This document shows positions 1-13,786 of a stretch of 64,000 nucleotides of DNA, one piece after another. Position 1 is the first letter of the stretch, and every line of letters begins with the position of its first letter. This stretch comes from Octopus vulgaris (lineage: Eukaryota). The DNA lies in the NCBI GenBank assembly GCA_951406725.2, contig OX597832.1, positions 54,126,001 through 54,190,000 of the forward strand. Direction: 5' to 3'. A model generated the notes under the pieces. The model saw only the letters and a program-made list of their open reading frames with translations. It ran no database searches and was not told the origin of the DNA. The position numbers and the translations under genes were made by a program.

Positions 1-358
1 GTTATCGGTGCGATATCAGGTATGTAATATTTTCTATATCAGTATTAATCAATGTCAGGTATAAAACACATTCATCATCATCATCATTTAACATCCATTG
101 TCCATGCTGGCATGGGTTGGACAGTGTGACCAGGTGGGCTGCATAAGACTCCAGTCTGATTTGGTATGGTTTCTTTGGTTGGATGCTCTTCCCAACGCCA
201 ACCATTCCGAGAGGGTAATGGGTGCTTTTACGTGCCACCAGGTGTAAAATGCTTTCTATTTCAGTACCAAATTGCTTGAATATCAACTTTGCTGAATTCT
301 TTATTTGAAATGTAGTACTTATAGAGTATGATGTACACAAGTACTAGATACAATATGC

Positions 359-744
359 CTAGTACTTGTGTTACATAGTGACTAGTACATTCGTTACACA
401 GTGGCTAGTACTTGCGTTACACAGTGGCTAGTACTTGCGTTACACAGTGGCTAGTACTTGCGTTACACAGTGGCTAGTACTTGCGTTACACAGTGGCTAG
501 TACTTGCGTTACACAGTGGCTAGTACTTGCGTTACACAGTGGCTAGTACTTGCGTTACACAGTGGCTAGTACTTGCGTTACACAGTGGCTAGTACTTGCA
601 TTACACAGTGGCTAGTACTTGCGTTACAGTGGCTAGTACTCGCGATACACAGTGGCTAGTACTCGCGATACACAGTGGCTAGTACTCGCAATATACAGTG
701 GCTAGTACTCACATTACACAGTGGCTAGTACTTGCGTTACACAG
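359..744. repeat. 23-bp minisatellite (CTAGTACTTGCGTTACACAGTGG)n, about 17 copies, intronic
   Basis: Head-to-tail 23-bp units without spacers; homogeneous centre, degenerate edges. Confidence 0.95.
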
Positions 745-1000
745 GGAAAGTGGATGACAATGATTCAGATTGACATTTGATATTAATACTGCTTCCATCA
801 TTAATATTGATTATTCTTTACAACAGTATTTTTATATATAATTCTGTTTTAGGTTTCACAAATAGTTAGTTTAGCATAGTTATAATAGTTATGATCTTCT
901 CTTAATATAATGTTTTCCATGTAATATCCAACAATATTCCAAATCCCTCCCTGAAAGCAAAATTGTAATTTTCGTATATTTTTTTCTGTTGTATTTTCAG

Positions 1001-1137
1001 GAAGATATTCTGTCCCTCTGGAACCGAACGGCAAATGATGCAATAACCACTTCACGCATACGCGACACATTGAAACGCGTCCTTAACTTACCTCCAAATA
1101 CTATTATAGAGTATAAGATGCACGTTGACAGTATAAA
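1001..1137 (+). CDS. EIF4E2: eIF4E2 (4EHP) penultimate coding exon; earlier exons lie upstream of the window
   Basis: ttttcAG acceptor ends at 1000. Encodes EDILSLWNRTANDAITTSRIRDTLKRVLNLPPNTIIEYKMHVDSI, closely matching the vertebrate 4EHP C-terminal region (EDIISIWNKTASDQATTARIRDTLRRVLNLPPNTIMEYKTHTDSIK). Phase-2 donor AA|GTTAGT at 1138. Confidence 0.93.
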
Positions 1138-1174
1138 GTTAGTTCCTGAAAGACTTAGAATTCTACTGAAATAG
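1138..1174 (+). CDS. EIF4E2: eIF4E2 possible read-through (unspliced) C-terminus KLVPERLRILLK*
   Basis: The frame stays open past the donor to TAG at 1172-1174; LVPERL resembles LGPQRL in the human long-isoform tail. Confidence 0.45.
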
Positions 1175-4050
1175 TTTTATTTTCATTTTATTCTTTACAT
1201 TCAGTGTATGTTTGTATTTTCTTTTTATTCTTAGTTCACCATTCTGCTGCCTCATACCTCTTTATGCCTTTAATATCTTAGTTTTGTATTATTTGCTTTT
1301 GGACCAGTTCCAGAGATTTACAGTTATTCTTGTAAAGTGGGTGTGTTTTTTTTTTTTCTTCTCTTGTTTCAATTCTATTTAAGAAAATTACAAAAAAAAG
1401 AAACCGTTTTTCTCTTAATTACTATGATTCATTTATAATAGTTAGCTTGAATTTTCGTGCATCTACTTGATATATCTCTGCTGGCAAAATTAACTCAGAG
1501 GTTAGTTACCTTATTCTTTTAATATCCAACATTTGTGTTGTTGGTGATAATTTACCTGTAGTTTACCTTTGCAAACAAGCCAAAGAAGTGGCCGTTTCCA
1601 TCATTCAATACAAAATCACATCACATCACATTGAAAAAATATTTCACTGTAAAAGATTGATTTCTCAAAATCAAAGTTCAAATGGCTACATACAAAAGTT
1701 ATTTGAAACCCCCCCCCCAAAAAAAAAACAATTTTATATTACGGAACTGAATATTAGCCACTACATCATGTGGTTTTTATATCAGTTTCAGCAATGAATT
1801 AGCAATAATATCTTTGGAAGTTATCTTCTATTTTATGTCTTTGATGTTATATGGTAAACTAGGATTTGGTGCTGAATTCTTTTCATTCAAATTTGGTAGT
1901 ATTAGTTTGACATCTAATTATTAATTAATATCGAGATAAATTACATTTCTCTCTATATCCAACTTTGCTCTGTTTTTTTTATTTATTTTCTTTCCTTACA
2001 TATTGGAGCATTCCTTTTTGCTTGTAATACTTAGTTCTTTCTTTCTTTTTTTCTCTTTATCCTTTACAATTATCAAACCCCTTTTATGTGAGTTTCATGA
2101 GAAAATCAGTCAAACTATGTCTCCCTTCTTTAGTTTATTCTTGCCTTGATTGTTTCTCTTTTGTTATTAACATTTCACCAGAAACAATTTTTTTTTTTTT
2201 ATCTCTTTGCAATTTGAAGTTGATTTTTAAATGTTCAGAAATGATGCTTCGTGTATTGTTTTTCATTAATTTTCTCAGAGTTTATTAATATTTGTGATTT
2301 AAAAAAAAAAAAAGAAAAGAAAAAATGCACAAAATTAAATGTGGAACTATACAAAGAAATCTCTTTAAAGCATGTACAGATATTTCATTAGTTTTACACA
2401 TCAGATCTATTAGTTCAATATTTTTTTTTAATTACTGCACCTGTTGATGGTCCATTAATTAAATACTCTTTTATACAAACATTTTTGGATTTTGTTGTTA
2501 TTTATTCTCATTAACATAATTAGAAATTGTTTTTTGTTAATTGTTGCTGTCAATGAATTAGATGCTGCTTTTTTAGGGAACTACACCAAACTGTTTTATT
2601 TTTTTCTCACTTTGAAAGTCAGATGTATGGTATAGTATACCTTCAGTTTGTTACATAACACAGTGTTATTCTGATGATCTACTTACAATCAATATTTTCT
2701 TAAAAAGATCGTTTTTAAACCTAGAGTTTCTGAGGATTAGAAAAACAGATTAGTGGCTTTCTGATCTGCTTTAGCATCTTGTGTTCCTTAGCTCTCACTA
2801 GGGCCAAGTTTGCCATTCTGCCCTCTGGCATCATAAGATAAACTGCCTCCAGAACACACAGGTTGATTTCTTCTAATACATTGTAGTAGATTTTGTACTA
2901 ACCCCTCAGCAATCAGCAAGCGTCAGTTACGTCTACGAATGAAATCACTGTAAATTTAAGATGCGTAGAAAGGAAGAAAAAGGGATGAGAAAGTAAGAAT
3001 CATTTTCATAAATCTACTGATTTTGAGTTGGAAAATGGAGTGAAATAGCATTCTGAAAACTGAGTCAATCATGATGTTCTGGCATTCAGTATCTCACTGG
3101 CTGTCCATTCCGTATTGCAATAATTTAGAATAGTTTGTATGAGAACAGCAAAATAAGGAAAACTGTAATGTCTGTCCTTGTAGCATATATGCATTTTTTT
3201 GTTCCTCTTTTATTATTAACACCATTCCAAACCCTCATGAACCTTTTTCCTGCTTACCCTTAGCGCAACATTTTTCAACCCGCTTTTTTTATATATTTAT
3301 ATATTAGCAACATTAGGTTTTTTTTTTTTCCCTTTCTTTATCTCCTCTTCGTAAATATTCCTCTCTCACTCTATCATATTCTTTCTTTCTTTTTTTTTTT
3401 ACTGCACACAACTCATGTTTGTTAGCCTATTTATCTTGTCTGCTGCCATTCCTGAAAGTTGCTCATTTAAATAATGTCAAACTGACAACAAATGGTGCCA
3501 AGATTAACACTAACCACAACTATTTTCAGGATTTTCCGTTTGGATACCAAATGAAAACTGCTGAAACATTTACAATAATTTATTTTCCGATTTAAAAAAA
3601 AAATTCTTTTTTTTTTTTTTAGGTGTTTATTTTTATATAGCTAGGATGTTTTCTGAATGAAATACCGTTTTAGAGGTCAACATAACTTGGTTCTCTAAAA
3701 CAACATGCAAAAATTGCTGTAGCAATATCTTTTTATTTGTTACAAAAACTACGATAACATCAACACATGTTCTTTGTGAGACATGTATGAAAAAAAAAAA
3801 AAACTCGCAGACACAAACACTTAAGATCACAAACTCTATCATATATATAATATATGTAATGCATTAATATATTTTATACATATATATAAAATATTGAATA
3901 AATTATATATATGTATAAAATATTAATAAATTATATATATATATATAAAATATTAATATATTATTAATTTAAACAAGAGCTAGGCTATATGTCAGTCTGC
4001 TACACTATTAAATTAATTCTAATACCCATTTTCTTTCCTTCTCTCTTCAG

Positions 4051-4093
4051 AGACAACTCCAGTTACAGAAATACTGATGTATTTCTGAAATGA
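4051..4093 (+). CDS. EIF4E2: eIF4E2 terminal coding exon (K)DNSSYRNTDVFLK*
   Basis: Long polypyrimidine tract plus CAG ending at 4050. Phase-2 compatible with the 1137 donor. DNSSYRNT matches the known short 4EHP tail (DNSSFRNT). TGA at 4091-4093. Confidence 0.88.
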
Positions 4094-5042
4094 CATTATA
4101 AGAACTTCTGCTGAGCTTGAAATGATGCCATCCTAGATATTGGACATCTTGTTTCTGTAGCAGAGCGTTATAGCTCTGCTGTAACATTTCACTTCTTGCA
4201 TTCTTCCATTCCCAAACAATTTCTACTTGTTCTCCTTTCCCTCTTTCTCTTTCTCTTTCCTAATAAATTATTTTCACTTGTGTCCATTATAAACATATTC
4301 TATTTGTTAATACTAATTAAATAAATGCATACATGTACAAGAACAGTTTGCACATATTTTTGAAATTCCCTGATTACCTGGAATTGTTGCTGTTTAGATG
4401 TAAAGGTAGACTTATTTTTGATGTATTTAAAAAGAAGAAAAAAAAAATAATAATAATATATATACCTGCATCTTAAAGAATGAGTTGAACATGGAAGAAA
4501 TTATCTTTTAAACATTTCTAAGAAAAGGACGGTAAAAATGCAAAAAATAAAATGTTTAAAGCAATTTTCGAATGTCTGGACATGTGTCAAGTGTGATTCT
4601 TACCACCAAAAATTGGGTCAGTTTTGAAGAAGAGAACCTCCTCCTAAAATTATTTGTACACCAATTAATTGCTAGTGTTGACACTGAGATCTTACACAGT
4701 ATGACTGAATAATCAAATTAAAATATTGAACTTTCATTTTTTTTTTTATTCCTTTTTTTCCCATTTTGTTGCTATCCGCCTCACCTGAAGAACCAGACAA
4801 TTGAATGCTTTTATTTTCAAGGAATAACAAAAGGCAGTGAGCTGAAAAAATTGTTACCAGACCAGATAGAATGCTTAGAAGCATTTCTTCCTGTGCTTCA
4901 CACTGTGGGTTCAAATGCTGCCACGGTTGAATTCGTCTTTCATTGTTTCAGGTTTGGTAAAATAAGCACCAGTTGAACACTGGGGTCGGTAGAATCAACT
5001 GTCCCTTCCCCTCAAAATTGGGAAGAATTATTAAGGAAGGGC

Positions 5043-5285
5043 GTGGAGGCACATGGCCTAGTGGTTAGAGCAGCGGACTCACAGTCGAGGGATCACAGGT
5101 TCAAATCCCAGACCAGGCAATGTGTGTGTTTATGAGCGAAACACCTAAGCTCCACGTGTCTCTGGCAGAATCTTTCGATACAACTTTCTCTCACTCTTTC
5201 CTCCTGCATCTTGCAGCTCACCTGCGACAGACCGGCGTCCCGTCCAGGTGGGGAACCTATGAGCCAGGCATGGCTTGAGAAGAAA
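5043..5285 (+). mobile_element. tRNA-headed SINE (family D); related heads on the - strand near 7490-7810, 8098-8465 and 15280-15510
   Basis: Pol III A box TGGCCTAGTGG and B box GGTTCAAATCC followed by a non-tRNA body; similar heads recur in the window. Confidence 0.7.
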
Positions 5286-5624
5286 CAAACAACAATTACG
5301 GAAGGGCAGTGGGTTTGTACAATTGGTAGAGCATTGGTCAAAATGTTCTGTGATATTTGTTCTGGTCTTTTACATTCTGAGTTCAAATCCCATCAAGGTC
5401 AACAAAGTACTAGTGAGTTGTGTTCTTGGGAAGTTCGCTTCTCAGCCGTCTGGTCTAAGGTTCACTTCCACTGCATACCACCTTGGGAAACTTTCTTTTA
5501 TGATAACTCCAGGTTGAGCAAAGCCATGTGAGTCACTTCGGTAGACGGAAACTGAAAGAATCCCTTTGTGTGTGTTATAAAGGGTGTCTTAGAGCAAACT
5601 GGTTATTCTCTTAAGGACAATCTC

Positions 5625-5960
5625 AAATACTGACCTCACCACTAAGTGTAAAACTGGAAGCATTGAGAATTGAAACCTTCCTCATGCTATCACAACTGCG
5701 CTGGGCTGGTTGTGTCATCAATATGATTGACAAAAGAATACTAAAAACCCTCGTATAGCCAGCTTGATAATGGACACATGTTGGACAACCATTGCTAAAA
5801 TATGGAGACAGACTAGAGTAATCTTTCAGCAATCAATATGCCCTACGAGACTTTTAAGCAATTGGCCTTGGAACAGAAAGACTTGAGATCTATGTGTCAA
5901 GATGGAATCGGTGACTTTGAATCTGGCTGTATCCATCAGCTACGAGGATTAAGAGGAAGG
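5625..5960 (+). mobile_element. Degenerate RTE-clade LINE fragment (region downstream of the RT domain)
   Basis: Translates to ...IETFLMLSQLRWAGCV...KRILK..., the QLRWAGHV-type motif of RTE ORF C-termini; contains stops. Confidence 0.6.
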
Positions 5961-6171
5961 ACAAAAGTTATTTCATGTTAAAGTTCTCCTATTTCGGTAA
6001 TTTCAATCAATCAACGATGTGTATTCAGCTGAATAAAATTACTGCTGTCGTTTGTCAACAAAAACTTCCGGCAGTGTATATTTCGTTTGCCACTGTTATT
6101 TATGACAACTCTAACCTTAAAACCAGTACAAATGTACAAACGATGTCATAAGTAGCAGTGACAAACGAAAA

Positions 6172-6506
6172 ATGCAGATTCAGTGGGTTCAAAGACTGCA
6201 TCAAACTCCACTGTCTGTTCAAAATGGGAAACTACCACCTGTGTCATCTCTTGTGAAAGGTAGGAGAGTCCAGTTTGCTGGACATTGTTGTAGAGCTGAA
6301 AACAAGGCAATTTCTACTCTTCTCCTCTGGAAGCCATCTACTCACAATATCAGAGGGCGCTCACTCTCCTACCCTGATGTAATATCCAGGGATACAGGCA
6401 TCCAGCAACAGGACCTCCGTAATGCCATGATGGACCGTGAAGTCTGGCGTAGCATGGTAAATTCCATTGTCTCGACCACGGAAGAACATTGATGATGATG
6501 ATGATG
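6172..6506 (+). mobile_element. RTE-like LINE 3' end with (GAT)n tail
   Basis: ORF with RRVQFAGHCCR and AMMDREVWR motifs typical of RTE-type C-termini; the stop is followed directly by (TGA)n. Confidence 0.7.
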
Positions 6507-6663
6507 TCTGTTCTAGCATGGCTTTAATGGCTGGATGTCCTTCCTAATGCCACACCATCATTTGTGAGATCATTATGGGTTAGATGGATATTATTGAGGT
6601 AGATTTTTTTACAACTAAATGCACCTTTCTGTTGCCAGCCCTCACCTGTTTCCTAGCAAGGTA

Positions 6664-7230
6664 TTGGGTTGTCCGGAAAGTTTGTGCTGATTTTTTAAAG
6701 GTAAGAAAAAGGTCAATAAATACTTGCCATTACATTTTTAATCAACCAAATATGAACCATTTTGTTGCACAATTCGTCTCCATCTTTCCTTTAACTTGAA
6801 AATACCCTCTTACCAGAACTAAGGTGGTTTCATGGCAAAGAATTCATCAAGGTATCTTTTTACGTCATCCAAGGAATCAAACTTTTTATCATTAAGACTA
6901 TTCTGCAGAGACCTGAATAAGTGGAAATCCGAAGGAGCAATATCTGGTGAATATGGAGGGTGGGATAACACATCCCAGCCAAGCTGCAGCAATATTTGTC
7001 TGGTTCCCAAAGCATCAAGTGCCAAAAATGAACTTTCTTATCTTCCATTTTAAAGGGTTACAGAATTAACACAGATTATAGGAACATAAACCTTCTTCCA
7101 CGAAAAGATAGCTTTAACTGTGCTCTAAATGGAGGTGTAGTCAAATCCTATTTTATGGACTCAACCATGTTCTAAAATAAGTCGAAAGGTAAGCTACTAT
7201 AAATCGGCACAAACTTTCCGGACAACCCAA
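6664..7230 (-). mobile_element. Internally deleted mariner element, 567 bp
   Basis: ~30-bp TIRs TTGGGTTGTCCGGAAAGTTTGTGC / GCACAAACTTTCCGGACAACCCAA; TA duplication at 6662-6663 and 7231-7232; - strand HPPYSPDIAPSDFHLF mariner motif. Confidence 0.92.
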
Positions 7231-8466
7231 TAATATTTCCTCATGTCCAGACATATTTTTGTAGAAAATTGGAAATGAATGACACTGACATTTGTTTACA
7301 ATTATCATACAATGTCAAACAGAGACACAAACATACACATACTCAGATGTACATGTGTGCGCACACACACACATGTAATTAAAGGTGTTTTTCTTTATCC
7401 CAGGGTCACAAAAATGTAACGACGTAATTTAGATGAGAGAAGTCAAAATTAACAATGAAGTTTGAATGATGATGGGCAAAAAGTAAAGTCCATGAATGAC
7501 CATGGAATTGCACCTAGAAAGTTCCCCTCCTAGGCACAAGTCTAGGTAAGGTTGCTTATGGAAGACCAGCAGTCACCCATGCATACCAACCTTCCCTCTT
7601 CATGCCACCGATGTTATCCAAGGGAAAGGTAAAGGCCTATCCAGCTTAGCACCAGTGACGTTGCAACTCATTTCTACAGCTGAGTGAACTGGAGAAAAGT
7701 GAAATAAAGTGTCTTGTTCAAGAACACAACACACAGCCCAGTCCAGGAATTGAACTCACTACCTCTTGATTGTGAGCCTGATGCTCTAACCACTGAGCCA
7801 TGCGCCTTCACATGATGATGATATGCTGAGAAATGAATGAGCAAAGAAAAATTAATTATGAAGTTCTTTTTTACTTGTTTTAGTCATTTGACTGTGGCCA
7901 TGCTGGAGCACCGTCTTTAGTCGAGCAAATTGACCCCAGGACTTATTTTTTGGAAGCCTAGCACTTATTCTATCGATCTCTGTGCCGAACTGCTAAGTTA
8001 CAGGGATGTAAACACACGACCATCGGTTGTCAAGCAATGTTGGGGGGACAAATACAGACACACAAACATATACACATACATATATATATATATATATGTG
8101 GAAGCACTCCGTCGGTTACGATGATGAGGGTTCCGGTTGATCCGAATCAACGGAACAGCCTGTTCGTGAAATTAACGTGTAAGTGGCTGAGCACTCCACA
8201 GACACGTGCACCCTTAACGTAGTTCACGGGGATATTCAGCGTGATACAGAGAGTGTCAAGGCCGGCCCCTTGAAATACAGGTACAACAGAAACAGGAAGT
8301 AAGAGTGAGAGAAAGTTGTGGTGAAAGAATACAGCAGGGATCACCACCATTCCCTGCCGGAGCCTCGTGGAGCTTTTAGGTGTTTTCGCTCAATAAACAC
8401 TCACAACGCCCGGTCTGGGAATCGAAACCACGAGTCCGCTGCCCTAACCACTGGGCCATTGTGCCT

Positions 8467-8534
<68 letters not shown>

Positions 8535-8540
8535 GTATAT

Positions 8541-8584
<44 letters not shown>

Positions 8585-10275
8585 CATATATACGACAGGC
8601 TTCTTTCAGTTTCCGTCTACCAAATCCACTCACAAAGCTTTGGTTGGCCTGAGGCTATAGTAGAAGACACTTGCCCAAGGTGCCATGCAGTGGGACTGAA
8701 CCCGGGACCATATGGTTGGTAAGCAAGCTACTTACCACACAACTACTCCTCCGCCTATATTCAGCCATTTATTTAATTGAATATAATGTTTTTACAATAT
8801 AAAATAAAAATGATATTGTCACGTTGTTTGTTTGTGTATACACGTGTTACTAATTTGTTGCAGTAAAACTGGTTTTGGTTTCATGGACCCTTTGCATGTG
8901 GGAGATAGCTTAATTGTCTGCTGCTAGATGGGGAGAAAGAATGAGATTTGTTTTGTCAACCAGAGAGTACAAGCAGTGCATTGTCTCTCTCTTCTCTATT
9001 CCATACTGGTTAAAGGCAGTGACGGAAAAATGGGCTGACCAAACCCTTCACTGGATATTTATAAAGTTTGGCAACTTAAGTAGGCCAACCTAAAACAAAG
9101 AATTGACCTTTCCATGACCAGAGAGGCCTCAAGGATCAACTCATCCTCATTAATCAACAAGTGCAGAGAGGAGAAAACAAAAGACTCAGAAATTTATCTG
9201 ACAATTAATAAAAATGTGTATTCAGTTTCGAATCCTCTTAGCTGCTGTAGCCAGTCACTGAATATATATATATATGTGTGAGTGTGACTTAGCAGTTTGG
9301 CAAAAGAGATCAATAGAATAAGAACCAGGCTTAAGAAACAAAAAATACTAGGGTTGATTTGTTTGACTATAATTCTTCAAGGCAGTGCCCCAACATGGCC
9401 AGAGTCTAATGACTGAAATGCCTAAAAGATGAATATATCATCATCATCGTCGTCGTCATCATCATCATCATCGGCAGTGGCGTTTAATGCCTACCTTCCA
9501 TGCTGGCATGGGTGGGACAGTTTCACAAGAGCCAGCCAGGCTGAGGCCTGCACCAGACTTCTGTAACAGTTTGGACAGGATTTTTACAGTTGGATGCCCT
9601 TCCTAACACCAACCACTCAGCAGATGGACTTAGTGCTTTTTATGTGACACAAGCACTGGCGAGGTCAGTTTTTGGCAAGGTTTTACAGCTGGGGGCTGGC
9701 GAAGCAGATGGCTGCACCAGGCTCCAATCTTGATCTGGCAGAGTTTCTACAGTTGGATGCCCTTCCTAACGCCAACCACTCCGAGAGTGTAGTGGGTGCT
9801 TTTACGTGCCACTGGCACGAGGGCCAGTCAGGCGGTACTGGCAAAGGCCACGAAAAAATCGTGTTTTTTCACTGTAAAAACAGAGAAAATTCTAGATTTG
9901 TTAGAGATTAATAAGACAAAAGGTAACACATGTTTCATGTCTATACTCTCATGAAAATAAAGGAAAACAGAGACCAATAAAATGTACGATTGTTAAAGCC
10001 ATCATCAATCCATTTAATATTACGGTTACAGTCTGATGTCAAATTCATTGTTTTAATACGTATTAAATCAAGAATAATTTTAAGCTTCATTAGCACTTAA
10101 ATATATATTATTCTTTAAGAAACAATAAAGCTTAAAATGATTTTAAAATTTTATTTTTCAGTCTATATATCAAGGATATCCCGATTTTAGTGTAAAATGT
10201 TAAAAACAAAAAACCCCACCGAGGAACATTAATTTTGGAAAGCAAGTTTCGAGCTGACACCGTGTAGTAGAAAAC

Positions 10276-10340
10276 ATGGCGGCAATTAGCACGAAACAAA
10301 AGCTTCTAACCCTAATAGATGATATTGAAATCGTATCTAA
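10276..10340 (+). CDS. MED4: MED4 exon 1 (MAAISTKQKLLTLIDDIEIVS)
   Basis: ATG in AAAACATGGCGG context; resembles the MED4 N-terminal ST.ERLLS.LEDLE.LS helix; phase-2 donor GTACGT at 10341. Confidence 0.88.
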
Positions 10341-12985
10341 GTACGTATTTATGATATTTTATGTTGTAAATCAATCTTTTTATGGATATACATCCAGTCA
10401 TACTTATTTTCGCTTATCAGTTTTTCGTTAAATCTAACTATCGTTGTATTGAAGTTGCCAAACATTCAGTGATACAGCAACGCATTATAAATTACTTTTA
10501 TATTGCAAATTGTTTTCTTGTTAATTGAAACTTTCAGGTTCTGTCCAGTTCTTGCAAAATTTTGTTTTAGTGAATAAAAAGACGTATTCACATCTGTAAT
10601 GTAATAATCGAAAACGAATTCACATTAAACTTAGTGAATTCCCTTCTTATTTCTTACTAAGTCTTCTAAGAATGGTTATTGAAGTGACTAATTCTTCAGG
10701 GTGGACGTTTATAATAACGGGTACTTGGAATGTTTATTTGAATATGTTTATTAAATGAGAATGGTAGAAATGAATAAGAGAAGGATTTCAGCAACTTAGG
10801 TTCCAGAAACTTCAAGATTAAATTAGGAATTTTTAATTCTGTTTTGACTGTAAATATCCGACACCAAACTGAATATTGTTTTATTGTATATCTGTTTCAT
10901 CCTGAATTTATGTGTATATTCCAGAAACACATGAGATTGTTAATGTTTAACTGTAGTTTTCGACTAGACAGATGCAAATTAAATTTAAAAAATTAGAAAT
11001 CGAATGTATTCGTGATGGTCAGCATCAGAAGAGTTCATTAAATGGTTTATATCAGTGTTCGGCGTGGAAAAGAGGACCTGGAATTTAAGAATCAGAAGGA
11101 AGGCCCTGAACGGATTTTACCGACAAAAATAACTTCTAATAGCCACAAATTATTGTTGTTTAACCCCCGAAGTTAGCAAACCTGTGAACAAAGACTGTGG
11201 CCACCCCCCATCTTTTATTTTTGTCGATCGAGGATATAATCCGATGTCTTGCCCACCCACTTTTTAAATGGTGGGGATTTAATTTGAAGAAAATTTGGTC
11301 TCTATTCCTGGCAGGTCAAGGCTTCCTTGTTAACGATATTTGTTTGAAGATCATCTTCTGAGTCAGTCCCCAGGCAGATATAGTTTTTTAGGAATGATAT
11401 AATTAATGAAATTACGAAATTATGGATGTGTTTAATTGGTTTAGATGAACCTTACCTTCTAATTGAATTACTGACCATATAAATAATTTTAGCTATGAAT
11501 GTATATTAGACACATTTTTGTTGTTTTTGATAAAAAGGAAGGAACAAAAACTAGCAATTATATAAGGATATAGCCTCTTCAGGTCATAATACTGGGTAGG
11601 TGGTCACTCAATCTGCTAAATATAGTAACCAAATCTCTTAAAAAAACGGAATAGTACTTTGGATAATGTATTCCTCGGTACACTGTCTGAAAATAATATA
11701 CACGATGGTCCTGTCTAGATTGCCTTTGATTTTAAGCCTGCTTTATTAGTGTTAACCCGGAGCTAAACAGCAGCAAAACCTACAACACTTAGCAAGGTTG
11801 TATATTAACTTTGTGGAGACAGAGAATATATTCGGTTTAAAAATATACCAAAGAATGGTTACTGATGTGACTAATTCTTCAGGGTGGACGTTTATAATAA
11901 CAGGTACTTGGGATGTTTATTTGAATGTCTATTGAATGAGACTGATGTAAATGAATAAGAGAAGGATTCCAGCAACTTAGGTTCCAGAATGGAAAAATCT
12001 TTGTCAGTTTATAAATATATGGAGATTCTTTACACCTGATTTAGTTTCTTAAAAACCAATATTTTGATCACATTCAGATTTTCATTGATAAACCGGTGGC
12101 ACGTAAAAGCACCATTCAACCGTGATCATTACCAGCGTCGCCTTACACTTGTGCCTGTGGTACATGAAAAACAACATTCGAGTGAGGGCGTTGCCAGTGC
12201 CGCTGGACTGGCTCCTGTGCAGGTGACATGTAAAAACACCATTTGAGCTTGGCCGTTGCCAGTACCGTCTGATTGGCCCTCGTGCCAGTGGCACGTAAAA
12301 GCACCCACTACACTCTCAGTGGTTGGTGTTAGGAAGAGCATCCAGCTGTAGAAACTCTGCCAGATCAGATTGGAGATGGTGCAGCCATCTGGCTCACCAG
12401 TCCCCAGTCAAACCATCCAACCCATGCCAGCATGGAAAGTGAACGTCAAGCGATGATGATGATTTGATCCCTAATACTTTTTTTAACCTTAATCTATCCC
12501 TTAGATTATTTTGCCTCTTGCAAGTCATTTTTGAAGGAGTATGAACATTTTCATAAAATTGCAGATCCTTTGTACAATCAGTAAACAAGAATCTAAATTT
12601 GAAGAAAACATGTTTCACTGAATGTAATTTATATTGTTAGTCTTTTGCCTTTCCAAAATCTTTTCACAAGTTCATCCTAAATGTCGATGCTTATTTTCAA
12701 ACTCTTAGTTAGCCCTTGTTTCATATTCTTGGTGATATAAAGCTTTATACCAAATTACTCTGGTGACTGAAAAAAAAGTTGGGAACATGTATCATATATG
12801 CTAGCATGGGTTGGACGATTTGACTGAGGACTGGTGAACCAGATGGCTGCACCAAGCTCCAATCTGATCTGGCAGAGTTTCTACAGCTGGATGCCCCTCC
12901 TAATGCCAACAACTCCGAGTGTAGTGGGTGCTTTTACTTGCCACTGGCATGAGGGTCAGTCAGGCAGTACTGGCAACGGCCTACT

Positions 12986-13202
12986 GGCGGTGAGCTGGCA
13001 GAAACGTTAGCGCGCCGGGCGAAATGCTTAGCGGTATTTCGTCTGTCGTTACGTTCTGAGTTCAAATTCCGCCGAGGTCGACTTTACCTGTCATCCTTTC
13101 GGGGTCGATAAATTAAGTACCAGTTACGCAGTGGGGTCGATGTAATCGACTTAATACCTATGTCTGTCCTTGTTTGCCCCTTGTGGGCAATAAAGAAATA
13201 GG
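12986..13202 (+). mobile_element. SINE family B monomer (GGCGGCGAGCTGGCAGAA... head, Nin/Deu-like core); other copies near 16787-17017(-), 21585-21820(+), 30278-30496(-), 41039-41268(+), 63117-63410(+)
   Basis: Many near-identical copies; B-box-like GAGTTCAAATTCC; core GCCTTTCATCCTTTCGGGGTCGATAAA resembles the Nin domain of metazoan SINEs. Confidence 0.85.
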
Positions 13203-13557
13203 TTCTGGCAACAGCCACGCTCAAATGGTATTTTTTTATGTGCCACCTGCACAGGAGCCATACTGTTCCATAATTACAAGTTCCTTGTCAGACAACAATT
13301 ACCTGATGTCAACATTAAGTGAAGGGGATCCACAATATTAACTATGTCCCATGTATCACCTGTGACACACACAGGACAGGTAAAGAGTTAAATAGCAGAG
13401 AATGTAGTAAATACTAAAGAACAGAATTGATGAACCTGTCACATTTGTAGCACAGATTTATTGTTTCTCTTATATTTTGGTGATTGTTTGTTTATTGTCT
13501 TTCTGTTAAATGGTATAATTTACTTCATTGGAAGTTCCATTTGATGTTATTTCTAAG

Positions 13558-13676
13558 GGAGTTGTTCGATGTGATGAGCACCCCGAAAAACCAGAAGACA
13601 GATGCACCAGATCCTGCCCTTTTGATGGAACTGCTTGTCCAGAAAGACAAAGAAATGAAAGAATCGTTAAAACTTG
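13558..13676 (+). CDS. MED4: MED4 exon 2 (KELFDVMSTPK...KESLKL)
   Basis: AG acceptor 13556-13557, GTGAGT donor at 13677; phases 2 and 1 fit the neighbouring exons. Confidence 0.9.
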
Positions 13677-13786
13677 GTGAGTTATTTCGTTTGAATTGAT
13701 TTGTCTCGTTAATTACTTTGACAGTTTTAAAATTTTATTTTGAATATTCTACTGTCAACTATCAAAAAACAACTTTTGTTTTCAAG

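Noticed and set aside
359-744. 23-bp repeat array as a CRISPR array
   Set aside because: Units are contiguous with no unique spacers, no cas genes are present, and the context is a eukaryotic intron.
1235-1382. Another eIF4E2 alternative exon after ttcttAG
   Set aside because: The open frame is low-complexity T-rich sequence with no homology support.
2670-2700. CTGATGA as a hammerhead or C box
   Set aside because: No stem II/GAAA partner or D-box structure nearby.
5050-5115. Functional tRNA gene
   Set aside because: A and B boxes are present, but the sequence runs into a SINE body with no proper acceptor stem or terminator.
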